Shown: positions 51,301 through 59,057 of the stretch, in pieces
Position numbering within the stretch: position 1 is the stretch's first letter
Layout of the letters: the number at the start of each line of letters is the position of its first letter
Assembly (NCBI GenBank): GCA_964430885.1
Contig: CAYSHM010000004.1
Span: 64,001-128,000 of the forward strand
Direction of reading: 5' to 3'
Source of the DNA: an uncultured archaeon
GTDB taxonomy: Archaea; Thermoplasmatota; Penumbrarchaeia; JASLWR01
Length of the DNA: 64,000 nucleotides
Notes under the pieces: generated by a model
What the model saw: the letters and a program-made list of their open reading frames with translations, nothing else
Told to the model about the DNA's origin: nothing
Database searches by the model: none
Program-made: the position numbers and the translations under genes

Positions 51301-52720
51301 AGTAAACAGTAACACTCTCAAGGCGGAGGATGTGAATGTCAGATGTTTTACTGGCGACGGCCTCCTCCTTTTATCCGCAAACATCACTGAACCTGCAGAT
51401 CAGGATTCCCCCACTACCTTTTCCTACAAGTATCTGGCCAACAGGATCGGTAAGGCATTCATCTCCCCCGTCATATTATCATACAGACTGAACGCCGGCC
51501 AGAGGTCCAGCGGCCAAATAACCAAGTATTACGGTCCAATTGAGGTCAATATCACCGATTCACCGGCCCGCAGGAGCGGTGTTTACCCTGACGGAATTGT
51601 CCGCAGCGGACCAGGTAAGTTCAATCCAGTACTTACCAAAACCATCACTCCGCAAGTGGTGCGTGCAGGTGAGGAGGCTCAGGTGACATTGAAGCTGGAG
51701 ATGGACTCAATGGCTGCAATAGATGCCTTTACAGAGGATGCGGATCTGTACATACTGGATGAACTTGACGATGATTTCATAATAAGCAATGTCGGACAGT
51801 ATATTACAGGTGATGAAATATTGAAATTCCCCGTGGATATCAATACAAATGAGCAATCATTCAGCTATAAGATCACTTGTCAGGAGTCTCACTCCAAACC
51901 TTTAGGGTCTGCAGTTCTCTACAATGAACATCTTGCGCTATGCAGTTCAGATTCGCCTGAATTCAAGGTCATGGACGGAGCTTCCGGACTTATCAGAAGA
52001 TTCTCAGAATTGGTATCTGAGGTTAACAATGCGGTGGAGATCCACATAGCGGCCTGGTCAGAGGACGCTCTTGGAAATATTGCTCTAGAGGATTACCTCC
52101 CGCCGGGATTTGAGGTTGATGAAACCTCAGTTGAATCCATGGTGGCCAGCAGTGAACATGTCAGTTCCTACGAATTAACCTCTGAAGGAGTGGTATTCTT
52201 CCTATATTCTTCGGATTCGGAGGTTGAATTCAGCTACAAGGCAGTGCCTACAATTCCCGGGAGGATGGTGGCACCCTGCGCTATAATGTATCCTATGTAT
52301 TCACCTTTGGATACAGTAGAATCAGAGTCATATCTGTTGACAGTGGTCCCTGAGGGATCGGAATGGGCAGTGGAATATATTCCCATGGAGGACGGTCAGA
52401 ATTCACTGGTGAACAACTCCGACGGAACTGATCCGGCAGATCCAGATCCAGCGGACAATTCCACCGATAAAGATGACGATACGCCTCAGAACCCAAATGA
52501 AACTCCAGGTGTGTCAGTCCCAATCAGCGGCCCCGACGGTCCCGGGGACGGTACTGGGGATAACGTCCAGGAGCCACCGGAGGATGTGAATGATCCAGGT
52601 AACGGCCGCGGTGATGGGGAAGAGGCGGGGCCGCTTCTGGGCTTTATTATCATGGGTGCCTTGTTTTTGGTACTGGCAGTTTTGATGATAATAAAATATA
52701 AAAGTAAAAAGCGCAGGTAG
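45329..52720 (+). CDS. Alpha-2-macroglobulin / thioester-containing protein, C-terminally membrane anchored
   Basis: HTNKPIYLPGD (MG2), YMFGSPV, LSIADAGI, VREWFTDLALW, LPDNICKWRV, GYPYDCTEQ thioester, QHQDGGWGWW, WGTTTAT; signal peptide; TM + KYKSKKRR. Confidence 0.9.
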   Translation: MLSEKRKKYYSILFVLILSSMAFGILVPASSAASEDSDFDGLSDDYERLIGTDPFNPDTDADGMNDADDPTPKGGLLNTEEVWTTWNITGDMSLQVIEQGQSFNVSFHISKFNPDGTEEVLENLDAYLYVYISRSYSTYLRLDKISIQATIGQYELSYRSNDPGKYRFILGVNASQITLGTHATSLEMDKLSSEGKIGYIQGAAYPPYHTTVASLYPVLLPGHKAHYNIQRYEYAPLDNSYLFLKRFAQHYSPTAAVGSLYAPSAGSVVAHLFKDSLISKQNLWAPVGGLEYNVTLLHQGGYNMAVTAYDTEIAWDHLYSQKFPFSTAYTSIIDPVYSWLEVSPGTPEVFQNVQFIANKYTVTTSMNESAFSHWYRGGGLRFIIENHPEHAQPHNTDVWISLFYYVYDHSARTRMAYTMFDRNLTLNGDASTSFQLTLPGTYAAAVKYSPVLPGHPQQNFPLYSRYGYKIRNDYHDISYFQCIGPEYVNVFKDGNVYFTQTGINVSVTGTSKGSMMTGRDAAVYLDGVYKNTFTFAGNSNDLDLGQLAKGAHDVHVLTIYDQDTRTIIESLGLSNFHYNWIGHCRFEVKSFLVHANAPSNVIRERQANVSVLVYGYGMEPVNNAQVKIEADGYNAPRIQVGQGTTAVDGTAKIGVVIPSNGRYYHTFHITVSRGGLTESVTSYFYARSSVAKGFIHTNKPIYLPGDDIKAQFSVYDVDDAAPHSGEVELRLTYRGNNKDIISEQVVLDEMGSGEMDFPISRDAPWGDYTISVLSDGSAVASRTIEVRYYETPDTRIVFDASLDLRTGEVEIPVQVEYMFGSPVNQGSVRYIVEGYSNTYVYPPYYGYWFMDCESDGISDCALPYYGWYDPAPLFKEDTNVSVLGGSANITLNIPKGVKRLSIAAEFSDDFDHYSENTIEYFVGESPDPELKTGLELTPAENTFTVGDDISFSLHTYNYKDAVNEEAGDLEEEFQGDVSTFLLLNVTSMNADSAVTYEGVFDLYTDLEGLTVFDLEELGLDIYNNSVSGRYYYKLTLSVVGESTPPATLEYSFFIHWVEYSIISSPNSFSPGENATITLEAENKLHTLDPDYNYSLIITKRDRYYGYYNYYYNSYYDHAPIFSQMGAASGRKEITWQVPDHIPQGLYIVRAEFSNDNYSVSMEHEVEIVDVPPLSISLSATPSSYYPGDQVDFSFTLSGNFNGYVYLSVDAGNDHLMESRMTAGNNGVFTISTLDWHSDLSGTVYLIDPDGRFISSSVSVKYGIDVLDISLEMNASSYEPGDQAQLSVEALMSDGSPAEGAHFSLSIADAGIFEIANDASAGDFYSSLVTPYEFDWGYRSVLSWSSDTWYPVGYTNMTKGYWPYINPEEHPWDDDYDGDSAGGGQGMQGGANDGIPEGDMGEQAPQDAELNNDLQEQLDNTDVREWFTDLALWLPAVILDGNGMASINFTLPDNICKWRVRGTGRTHGLIGGESVIEFNVSKDFFIEPKLPYKVTQDDELEFDVLIYNFNKNSVNARLGISAGEWLGVFGQVEVNITAPPDTIETHTYKVKIFGSMTNNLTIICSDMGANTDAVKKEMFVKPNGALYTSHLTGAVDPLSEEILAFKDELINGSQKVILRLAPGYGGLLKMGYSMLSGYPYDCTEQITSRLVPAVIFREYLRATGGLNWYNDRHLKRRIYTELQSLLSKQHQDGGWGWWKGDQSAQWISGWVLLGLTLTRDSGILVDNAVIQGAQSYLMNFLAGEDHWEPGLGDDMNGRELTSFLYYALVKSGVQVLARVEDYLLAEYSGGNLTSYGLSFYGLALEEKDDFYGDVLTALLSSKIASHYQSNEALGGHMETTGWALLLLANDDTEKAEMREALEWLNSRRLPNGDWGTTTATTASMLAILEMVKNADPTDMDVTVKVNGRQIAAEHVDERANRDFYNRLDALDITSYIRVSEPNTITIEKQGSGDLFYELTSVEYLRKRVSVDFTQHYTVSIGSTLDVEITADPVNSNTLKAEDVNVRCFTGDGLLLLSANITEPADQDSPTTFSYKYLANRIGKAFISPVILSYRLNAGQRSSGQITKYYGPIEVNITDSPARRSGVYPDGIVRSGPGKFNPVLTKTITPQVVRAGEEAQVTLKLEMDSMAAIDAFTEDADLYILDELDDDFIISNVGQYITGDEILKFPVDINTNEQSFSYKITCQESHSKPLGSAVLYNEHLALCSSDSPEFKVMDGASGLIRRFSELVSEVNNAVEIHIAAWSEDALGNIALEDYLPPGFEVDETSVESMVASSEHVSSYELTSEGVVFFLYSSDSEVEFSYKAVPTIPGRMVAPCAIMYPMYSPLDTVESESYLLTVVPEGSEWAVEYIPMEDGQNSLVNNSDGTDPADPDPADNSTDKDDDTPQNPNETPGVSVPISGPDGPGDGTGDNVQEPPEDVNDPGNGRGDGEEAGPLLGFIIMGALFLVLAVLMIIKYKSKKRR

Positions 52721-52848
52721 GGGCACTAACAATATTTATTCTCCGCACTCCTCGGTTTGGGCCGTATTAACTCATGGAAGAGCATATCTGATCATGTTGG
52801 ATGGAATGAAGGCCTGTGAAAGGGGATCATTAAATTTTAGGTGAATCG

Positions 52849-54897
52849 ATGTCAGGTCCCTACAAAGCTCCGGATTGTTCCCATAAAATTGAGCTTGATG
52901 ATTTCAATCATGGGGATTACCGAATACCTGGATCCTTGTCATCAGGTATGCTTCAAAGGAGTGATAAGAAGAAGGAGATGATGGAAGAGTACGGCGGCCG
53001 CAAGGCAACTGCAATGACCGCCCAAGAGAGCACGCAAAAGGCTGCAAATGTTTCGAGATTTGTTTTCCGAATGCCTGACGTTCAGAAGGTTATAGGTCCA
53101 ATAGTTCTTGTCTCCTTCCTCTGGGGTTTTCTTTTCGAACTTGCCTGGGGTGATGTGGCTTTTAATTCGATAATGGAAAGCAGTTTGGGATTGTTCCTGC
53201 TGCCTGCATTGGCCTCAGTTCTTGCCTCCTTCTTGCTGGATAAGCTGATGAGGGGGCGGCTTTATGTAAGGAGAGCTGCGTTTCTGTCCCTGATTTCTTT
53301 GCTCTCAATGGCGCCAGTCATGCTGATAATGTTCATACTGGACATATCATTGGATATTGATCTGTACATTATTCTAGTATTTGCTTATGCTTCAATTATC
53401 TGGGTAAGACATCTCTTTCTCATCAGTATATCCAACAGTAAACATCAGAGAGTTTTTCTGATATCCATTACCCAATCAACCCTAGGATTTATGGCAGTTC
53501 ATTATCTATATCCGTCTGAAGTAGCTAACATGGATTGGTACGTTTCCCTAATTTTCTCACTTATATTCTTATCAACCATTGTATGGTTCCTAGAGATAGT
53601 TTCATCTCCCGTGAAGACCGATTTCAATACCAATCTATGGGAAAATGTTGGTAATGCCATAGCCCATCTGACGGAAAGGGGGGATAAGGGCGTAAGCGGT
53701 CTTGAGTCGTTCTTCGCGAGTTTTTCCGAGGAGATAGATGTCTACATGGCAGTTGTAGGTTTCCGCAGTTTGAAGAGAAGAAGTCTGCGTAAAAAGAAAG
53801 CCAAGGGTGAAATAAAAGAAGGAGGGAACAAGGGTAAAAACGGCGCCCCACACCTAAAGGAACGCTTGAAAGGACTTTTTATCATCCCCTATGTTCACCC
53901 TGGTCCCTTTGGAATAATCGGCGGCAGCGACCTGAGAAGAAAACTTATGAGATATATAGGTAAGCTCTCACACCACACTGTACTTTTCCATGGGACTGCT
54001 ACCCATGATATAAATCTGGCCTCAACTGAGGAGACCGGGAAAATTGCTGACTCAGTAAGAAAATTGACCCGCGGTATAAAATATAAAAAGACAGCAAGCC
54101 CGTTTGTAAGATATCATAAGGATTTCCATATGTGCACTCAGTTCTTCGGCGATGGTGCCGTCAACGTATATTCCTCGGCACCAAATCCCACGGATGATAT
54201 TGACTATGCAACAGGGAACATGGCTGTTCAGGAGGCCCGGCTCCAGGGGGCCGAAAGAGCGGTGCTTGTTGATTCGCATAATTGTCTTGAACCAGGTGTT
54301 GGAGGAATACATTTCGGCACCAGAAGGAGCTATGAGATACTTGAATATATATCCGAGAGCATTGTGAAGGCAAGATGTGGCATGTCAAAGGGAGTTCGTG
54401 TCGGAATAGCCCAGGATGCAGATTTCACAGTTGACCAGGGCATATCGGACGGCGGCATACAGGTAATAGTCGTTGAGACAGGGGGGCAGAAAGCAGCCTA
54501 TGTGGTATTCGACGGGAACAACATGATTCCAGGTCTAAGGGAGAATATAATCAAATCAGTCAGAAAAAAAGTTGATGAATGCGAGGTTTTCACCAGCGAC
54601 AATCACAGCGTCAATGTTAATCTAGGCGGATACAATCCCGTCGGTTATCTTTATTCTCCGGAGGACCTGGTGAAAAGAACATTGCGGGTATTTGATGCGG
54701 CCTTAAAAGACCTGGAATCGGTGGAAGTAGGTATGAACACTGGTTTTGCACGCAGCGTCAAGGTGTTCGGAGTTGAGAATACCGCCAGACTTACCTCGAT
54801 GATAAATTCGTCAACATCCATACTTTTAAAGAGCGCTTTAGCCACTATAACTGTGGCTGTATTGAGCTGCGGATTGGTTATTACTCTGCTTCCTTGA
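52849..54897 (+). CDS. DUF2070 family archaeal membrane protein
   Basis: Multi-TM N-terminal half; VHPGPFG.IGGS, FHG..THD.N, VDSHN, FDGNN, TSDNH. Confidence 0.88.
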   Translation: MSGPYKAPDCSHKIELDDFNHGDYRIPGSLSSGMLQRSDKKKEMMEEYGGRKATAMTAQESTQKAANVSRFVFRMPDVQKVIGPIVLVSFLWGFLFELAWGDVAFNSIMESSLGLFLLPALASVLASFLLDKLMRGRLYVRRAAFLSLISLLSMAPVMLIMFILDISLDIDLYIILVFAYASIIWVRHLFLISISNSKHQRVFLISITQSTLGFMAVHYLYPSEVANMDWYVSLIFSLIFLSTIVWFLEIVSSPVKTDFNTNLWENVGNAIAHLTERGDKGVSGLESFFASFSEEIDVYMAVVGFRSLKRRSLRKKKAKGEIKEGGNKGKNGAPHLKERLKGLFIIPYVHPGPFGIIGGSDLRRKLMRYIGKLSHHTVLFHGTATHDINLASTEETGKIADSVRKLTRGIKYKKTASPFVRYHKDFHMCTQFFGDGAVNVYSSAPNPTDDIDYATGNMAVQEARLQGAERAVLVDSHNCLEPGVGGIHFGTRRSYEILEYISESIVKARCGMSKGVRVGIAQDADFTVDQGISDGGIQVIVVETGGQKAAYVVFDGNNMIPGLRENIIKSVRKKVDECEVFTSDNHSVNVNLGGYNPVGYLYSPEDLVKRTLRVFDAALKDLESVEVGMNTGFARSVKVFGVENTARLTSMINSSTSILLKSALATITVAVLSCGLVITLLP

Positions 54898-54997
54898 TTT
54901 TAAAAATCAATCTATAAGTTGGAGTTCTCAGTTCCAACCAAATTGTGAAAAATACCCGAGCAATAAATAAATAGAAAACTAACGTTAATATTATGTT

Positions 54998-57900
54998 ATG
55001 TTCCGAATTTCAGATATTTTCAGCCCCTTGAAACAGTTGGTTTTTCCTCTTCTTTCTGTATTTCTCCTTCTAACAATACTTTTCCAACCATTTGTTGATG
55101 CAGGGTTCAAATTTGATCCACAGGTAACTCAGCCTTCACATTCCCTTGATTTTGCCAGGATCGAATGTGTTTCTTCGTATGAGGAAGATAAAACCCGGGA
55201 GGACCATTCCCATCTATTGAACTATGATGATGTTGTTCTTATAGTCAATGATAACTCCCAGATGTCAAGGGATGTGGCGGATTATTTCGTTGCTAACCGA
55301 AATTTTCCAGTTAATAATATCATCAATATCACAGCTCCTACTGGTGAGACGGTCAACAGGAACCAGTTCAATGATTTCAGGGAACAGATAGAGGAGAACA
55401 TCACTGACCGGAACCTAACTCTGAAGATCAATTATATTATTACCACAAAAGGGGTGCCTCTACGGATATCCGGCGGGGCGAACCAGAGAGCCAGTGTCGA
55501 TTCGGAGCTGGCATTGATATTGAACAGTAACCAGAACTATATAGGCAACAATGGCTGGATGATAAATCCCTATTACGGTCAGTTCAAGCCCTTCACCTCC
55601 AAAAAATATGACATGTATCTGGTCACGAGACTGACGGCCTATACTTTCGATGAGATCAAAGCGATAATAGACAATGCTGCAAATTCCTTAAATGTCACCG
55701 GAGAGTTCGTTCTGGATGTGGACCCTGGCCGAGACGGATCACCGGGATACAAGATTGGTAACGATTGGCTCCGCAGCGCCAATCATACCCTCTCAAATAT
55801 GGGCATGGATACCTACTTCGATACAACAAATACCTTTGTTAATAACCGAACGGGCGTAATGGGTTATTCATCCTGGGGGTCCAACGATGGGCATTGGTTC
55901 AAGAACCTTGTGTCCAACTCTAATATGGAGACTGACGGTAATGGTGATGATATTCCAGACAGCTGGTATCCTGTTGAACAGGCGAACAGCAGTGTAAATA
56001 GAAGTGATGAGGACTCCTACAGGAACACCTATTCAGTAAAACTCGCCCGCCAGAATTCTGGAGATGGTGAGGTGTCGCTCTATCAGGATTTCTACGTGGA
56101 GCCCGATAGGAGATACTACCTTTCAGGATATGCCAATCTATCCGGTGTTAGCAGCGATGGATACGCCCGTCTGAGAATAAAGGCGGTGGATTCCCATGGC
56201 GATGTGTTATGGAACAAGTACGGTACCCAAAGGAGGGGAACTACCAATGAGTGGAAATCCATGGGTCAGCTTATTTACGAGCCTATACCAGGAGTTGTCA
56301 GGCTCGAATTGGGATGTACGCTCTTCAAGTCATCTGGAACTGCATATTTTGATTACGTAAGGCTCAATGAGATAAGACCTCATATGGAATTTCTTCCCGG
56401 AGCAATAGCCGAAACCTTCGTGTCCACCGGCGGCAGGAGCATGACATACGGGACCGCTTACGGTCAATCCCTGGTTGCCGATCTTCTCAGAGAAGGTGTT
56501 ACAGGGGTTAAAGGATATACCTGGGAACCATATCTTTCCGCAATATCCCATCCTGATAAACTCCTTCCCTGGTATGCCTCAGGATATGATCTGGCCTCAT
56601 CATTCTGGGCGGGGTCCCAGTTCATCGGCTGGATGGGGACGGTGATCGGCGACCCGAAATGCGCTCCTTACTACTACTCAAGGCCCGATCTTGAGGTGAC
56701 ATCCTTGGAACTGTCGCATGCCGAACCGTCGCAGCATGAGGACCTTCAAATTAATATAACCTTGACCAACAGCGGGTTCGGGGATGCGGACTCCACTTTT
56801 AGTATCACACTCTGGAATGACAGCATAGGGGGTGAGGATCTGGATACAAGATTCCACTCCCTTTCAGCAGGAGGGAATTTGGCCTTGACCTTCAAAATCG
56901 AGGCAACCCAGATGAACGGCACTAACCGTTTTGTCCTGGAGGTTGACAGAGGCAACAACATACTAGAGACCGATGAGAGCAACAATATTGAGCTTATTGA
57001 ACTCTATGTGAACGAGAGGCCTAAAGCTGTATCCCAGTTTCCACATGTGGAGGTTTTGGAGGACTCATTCAATAACTCTCTGGATCTTACGGATATGTAT
57101 TTTTCAGATAGGGAAGGCGATCTACTTCATTTCAGGGTTGAACCTCATGGTATATCCGATTATATATTGAATCGACTGAATTACTCAATAGAAGAAGGAT
57201 ATCTCAATATCAGCGTATACGATAACATGACCATCCAGGATATTGTTTTCAGAATTTACTGTGACGATAGGTATCCAGTTGGTAATGATATTTTTCTTGA
57301 TCTCTACGTTTCAGTGCTCCCGATAAATGATCCCCCTTTCCTCTGGAAGACTCCTTTACCCATAGTATTGAACGAAGGCGGGATAATCGAATCCCAGCAG
57401 CTTAAGGAGAGGGATATTTTCAGGGATATTGACAGCGATGACCTGTATTATGCCATAAGGATTATGGAAATGGAGGAGATTTCAGGGATATCCCCTGAGG
57501 AAGTGAACATCACCCTCAAGGTCAACGATGATATCAAGGTGATAAGTCCCGGTGACTATTACGGCAACATTACCCTTAGAACCTTTTGCTGGGATGAGCG
57601 GTTCAATCTCAGCGCCCTGTCCATGAACGATACCGGACCTTATACCTGGATAGACCTGGTTATTAACATTCAACCAATAAATGATGCTCCTAAATTCGAA
57701 GAGGAGGATGTATATGTTTTCATTCCAGAGGATGCCTATAAGTATCCCACTCTTAATCTGTCCTCAGTATGTCATGATATTGACAATGATTTTGATTCTC
57801 TGAAGTGGGATATATCAGATATAGTGCCTCAGGGGAAGGCCGAAGCCAATATAGAAGATGGGCGCCTTTTAGTAACTTTACCTCTCAATTATACTGACGG

Positions 57901-58858
57901 TGTACTGATGAAATTAAGGGTCAGTGACGGACAATACACTTCAGATTGTTATGTTCATCTGGAGCCAGTTCCTCTAAATGATCTTCCGGTTCTGAATATT
58001 AAGTCCTTATCTGAAAAGGCTGATGGCAATCTCAGCTTGAAACTGGAATTTACCGACAGCGACACGGCGGCGACGGATATGAGATTTAATATTAGCGTGG
58101 ACAGGGAAAGCAATCTAAATGTACCCTTACTGGAATTCATACCGGTTTCTGAGAATTCCTACCGGACCTCAATGACGCTGGTAATTGATCATCTGACGCT
58201 CACACCGGGCAATCATACCCTTTGGGTGGAGATTTGGGATTCAGAGGATACGTGGTCTGAAGCTATGGCTTTGTTCTTGGTACCTGAACCCCAAGGAGGC
58301 GAGAACGGCGACGATGATGATGACAACAATGTATCTGATGATGACAATGACGATACAGGCGGTTCGGACGACAATAGTGGAATAAACGAAGAATCGGAAA
58401 AACCATTCTACTCCGAGCCTGTGAACCTTATAGTTGCAGGGATCGTTGTAATCCTGATAATTGGCAGTATAGCTCTTGCCCTGGCCCTTCGGAGAAAGAA
58501 GAGTAAGAAGGAGGTTAAGGGCGGTCCATCAGGTGAAGGAAGTATGGATGACATTTATGGCGCTTACTTGGATGAAATGGCTTTTGGGGAAGACGAGGAA
58601 ATCGAGGATGAGGGTTATGATGATGACAGGATTATCCATGAATCTTTGGGTCATTCTGGAATCAAGGTGAAAGAAGATGACCTGGATATGTATCCACCTG
58701 ATGATGAAGATGATCTAATCTTGGAATCTCAAGTTGAGACAGAGGGCATTATGGTTGCATCTGAGCATAGTTCCGATGCGAGTTCACCCGACGAGGAGGT
58801 AGGGATGGAGGATGTAGAGGATGAAAAAAGCTCGAAAATACCGCCCCCTCCCAAATAG
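54998..58858 (+). CDS. TIGR03790-family surface protein with an inserted CBM-like domain, CARDB, cadherin-like repeats, TM and an acidic tail ending PPPPK
   Basis: KGVPLRI, ASVDSELAL, NPYYG, YLVTRL, GYSSWGSND, FLPGAIAETFVSTGGRS, QSLVADL, EPYLSA, VIGDP; ETDESNN CARDB. Confidence 0.85.
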   Translation: MFRISDIFSPLKQLVFPLLSVFLLLTILFQPFVDAGFKFDPQVTQPSHSLDFARIECVSSYEEDKTREDHSHLLNYDDVVLIVNDNSQMSRDVADYFVANRNFPVNNIINITAPTGETVNRNQFNDFREQIEENITDRNLTLKINYIITTKGVPLRISGGANQRASVDSELALILNSNQNYIGNNGWMINPYYGQFKPFTSKKYDMYLVTRLTAYTFDEIKAIIDNAANSLNVTGEFVLDVDPGRDGSPGYKIGNDWLRSANHTLSNMGMDTYFDTTNTFVNNRTGVMGYSSWGSNDGHWFKNLVSNSNMETDGNGDDIPDSWYPVEQANSSVNRSDEDSYRNTYSVKLARQNSGDGEVSLYQDFYVEPDRRYYLSGYANLSGVSSDGYARLRIKAVDSHGDVLWNKYGTQRRGTTNEWKSMGQLIYEPIPGVVRLELGCTLFKSSGTAYFDYVRLNEIRPHMEFLPGAIAETFVSTGGRSMTYGTAYGQSLVADLLREGVTGVKGYTWEPYLSAISHPDKLLPWYASGYDLASSFWAGSQFIGWMGTVIGDPKCAPYYYSRPDLEVTSLELSHAEPSQHEDLQINITLTNSGFGDADSTFSITLWNDSIGGEDLDTRFHSLSAGGNLALTFKIEATQMNGTNRFVLEVDRGNNILETDESNNIELIELYVNERPKAVSQFPHVEVLEDSFNNSLDLTDMYFSDREGDLLHFRVEPHGISDYILNRLNYSIEEGYLNISVYDNMTIQDIVFRIYCDDRYPVGNDIFLDLYVSVLPINDPPFLWKTPLPIVLNEGGIIESQQLKERDIFRDIDSDDLYYAIRIMEMEEISGISPEEVNITLKVNDDIKVISPGDYYGNITLRTFCWDERFNLSALSMNDTGPYTWIDLVINIQPINDAPKFEEEDVYVFIPEDAYKYPTLNLSSVCHDIDNDFDSLKWDISDIVPQGKAEANIEDGRLLVTLPLNYTDGVLMKLRVSDGQYTSDCYVHLEPVPLNDLPVLNIKSLSEKADGNLSLKLEFTDSDTAATDMRFNISVDRESNLNVPLLEFIPVSENSYRTSMTLVIDHLTLTPGNHTLWVEIWDSEDTWSEAMALFLVPEPQGGENGDDDDDNNVSDDDNDDTGGSDDNSGINEESEKPFYSEPVNLIVAGIVVILIIGSIALALALRRKKSKKEVKGGPSGEGSMDDIYGAYLDEMAFGEDEEIEDEGYDDDRIIHESLGHSGIKVKEDDLDMYPPDDEDDLILESQVETEGIMVASEHSSDASSPDEEVGMEDVEDEKSSKIPPPPK

Positions 58859-59057
58859 ATTATATTGATTCACCTAGCCGAAAGCTCTTCAATAATGAAT
58901 GATTTTTTAGAATATAAATGGAAAATGTCATATAACTGGGTGTTGTTTTTTAAAGGAGATTCAATATTCGGTATGCTTCAAAATCTTTGAATAATACGGT
59001 TTATCGATCAAATGATGTATCATATCGATATGCTCTGCAGTTGAGGTGAGTTGTCAT

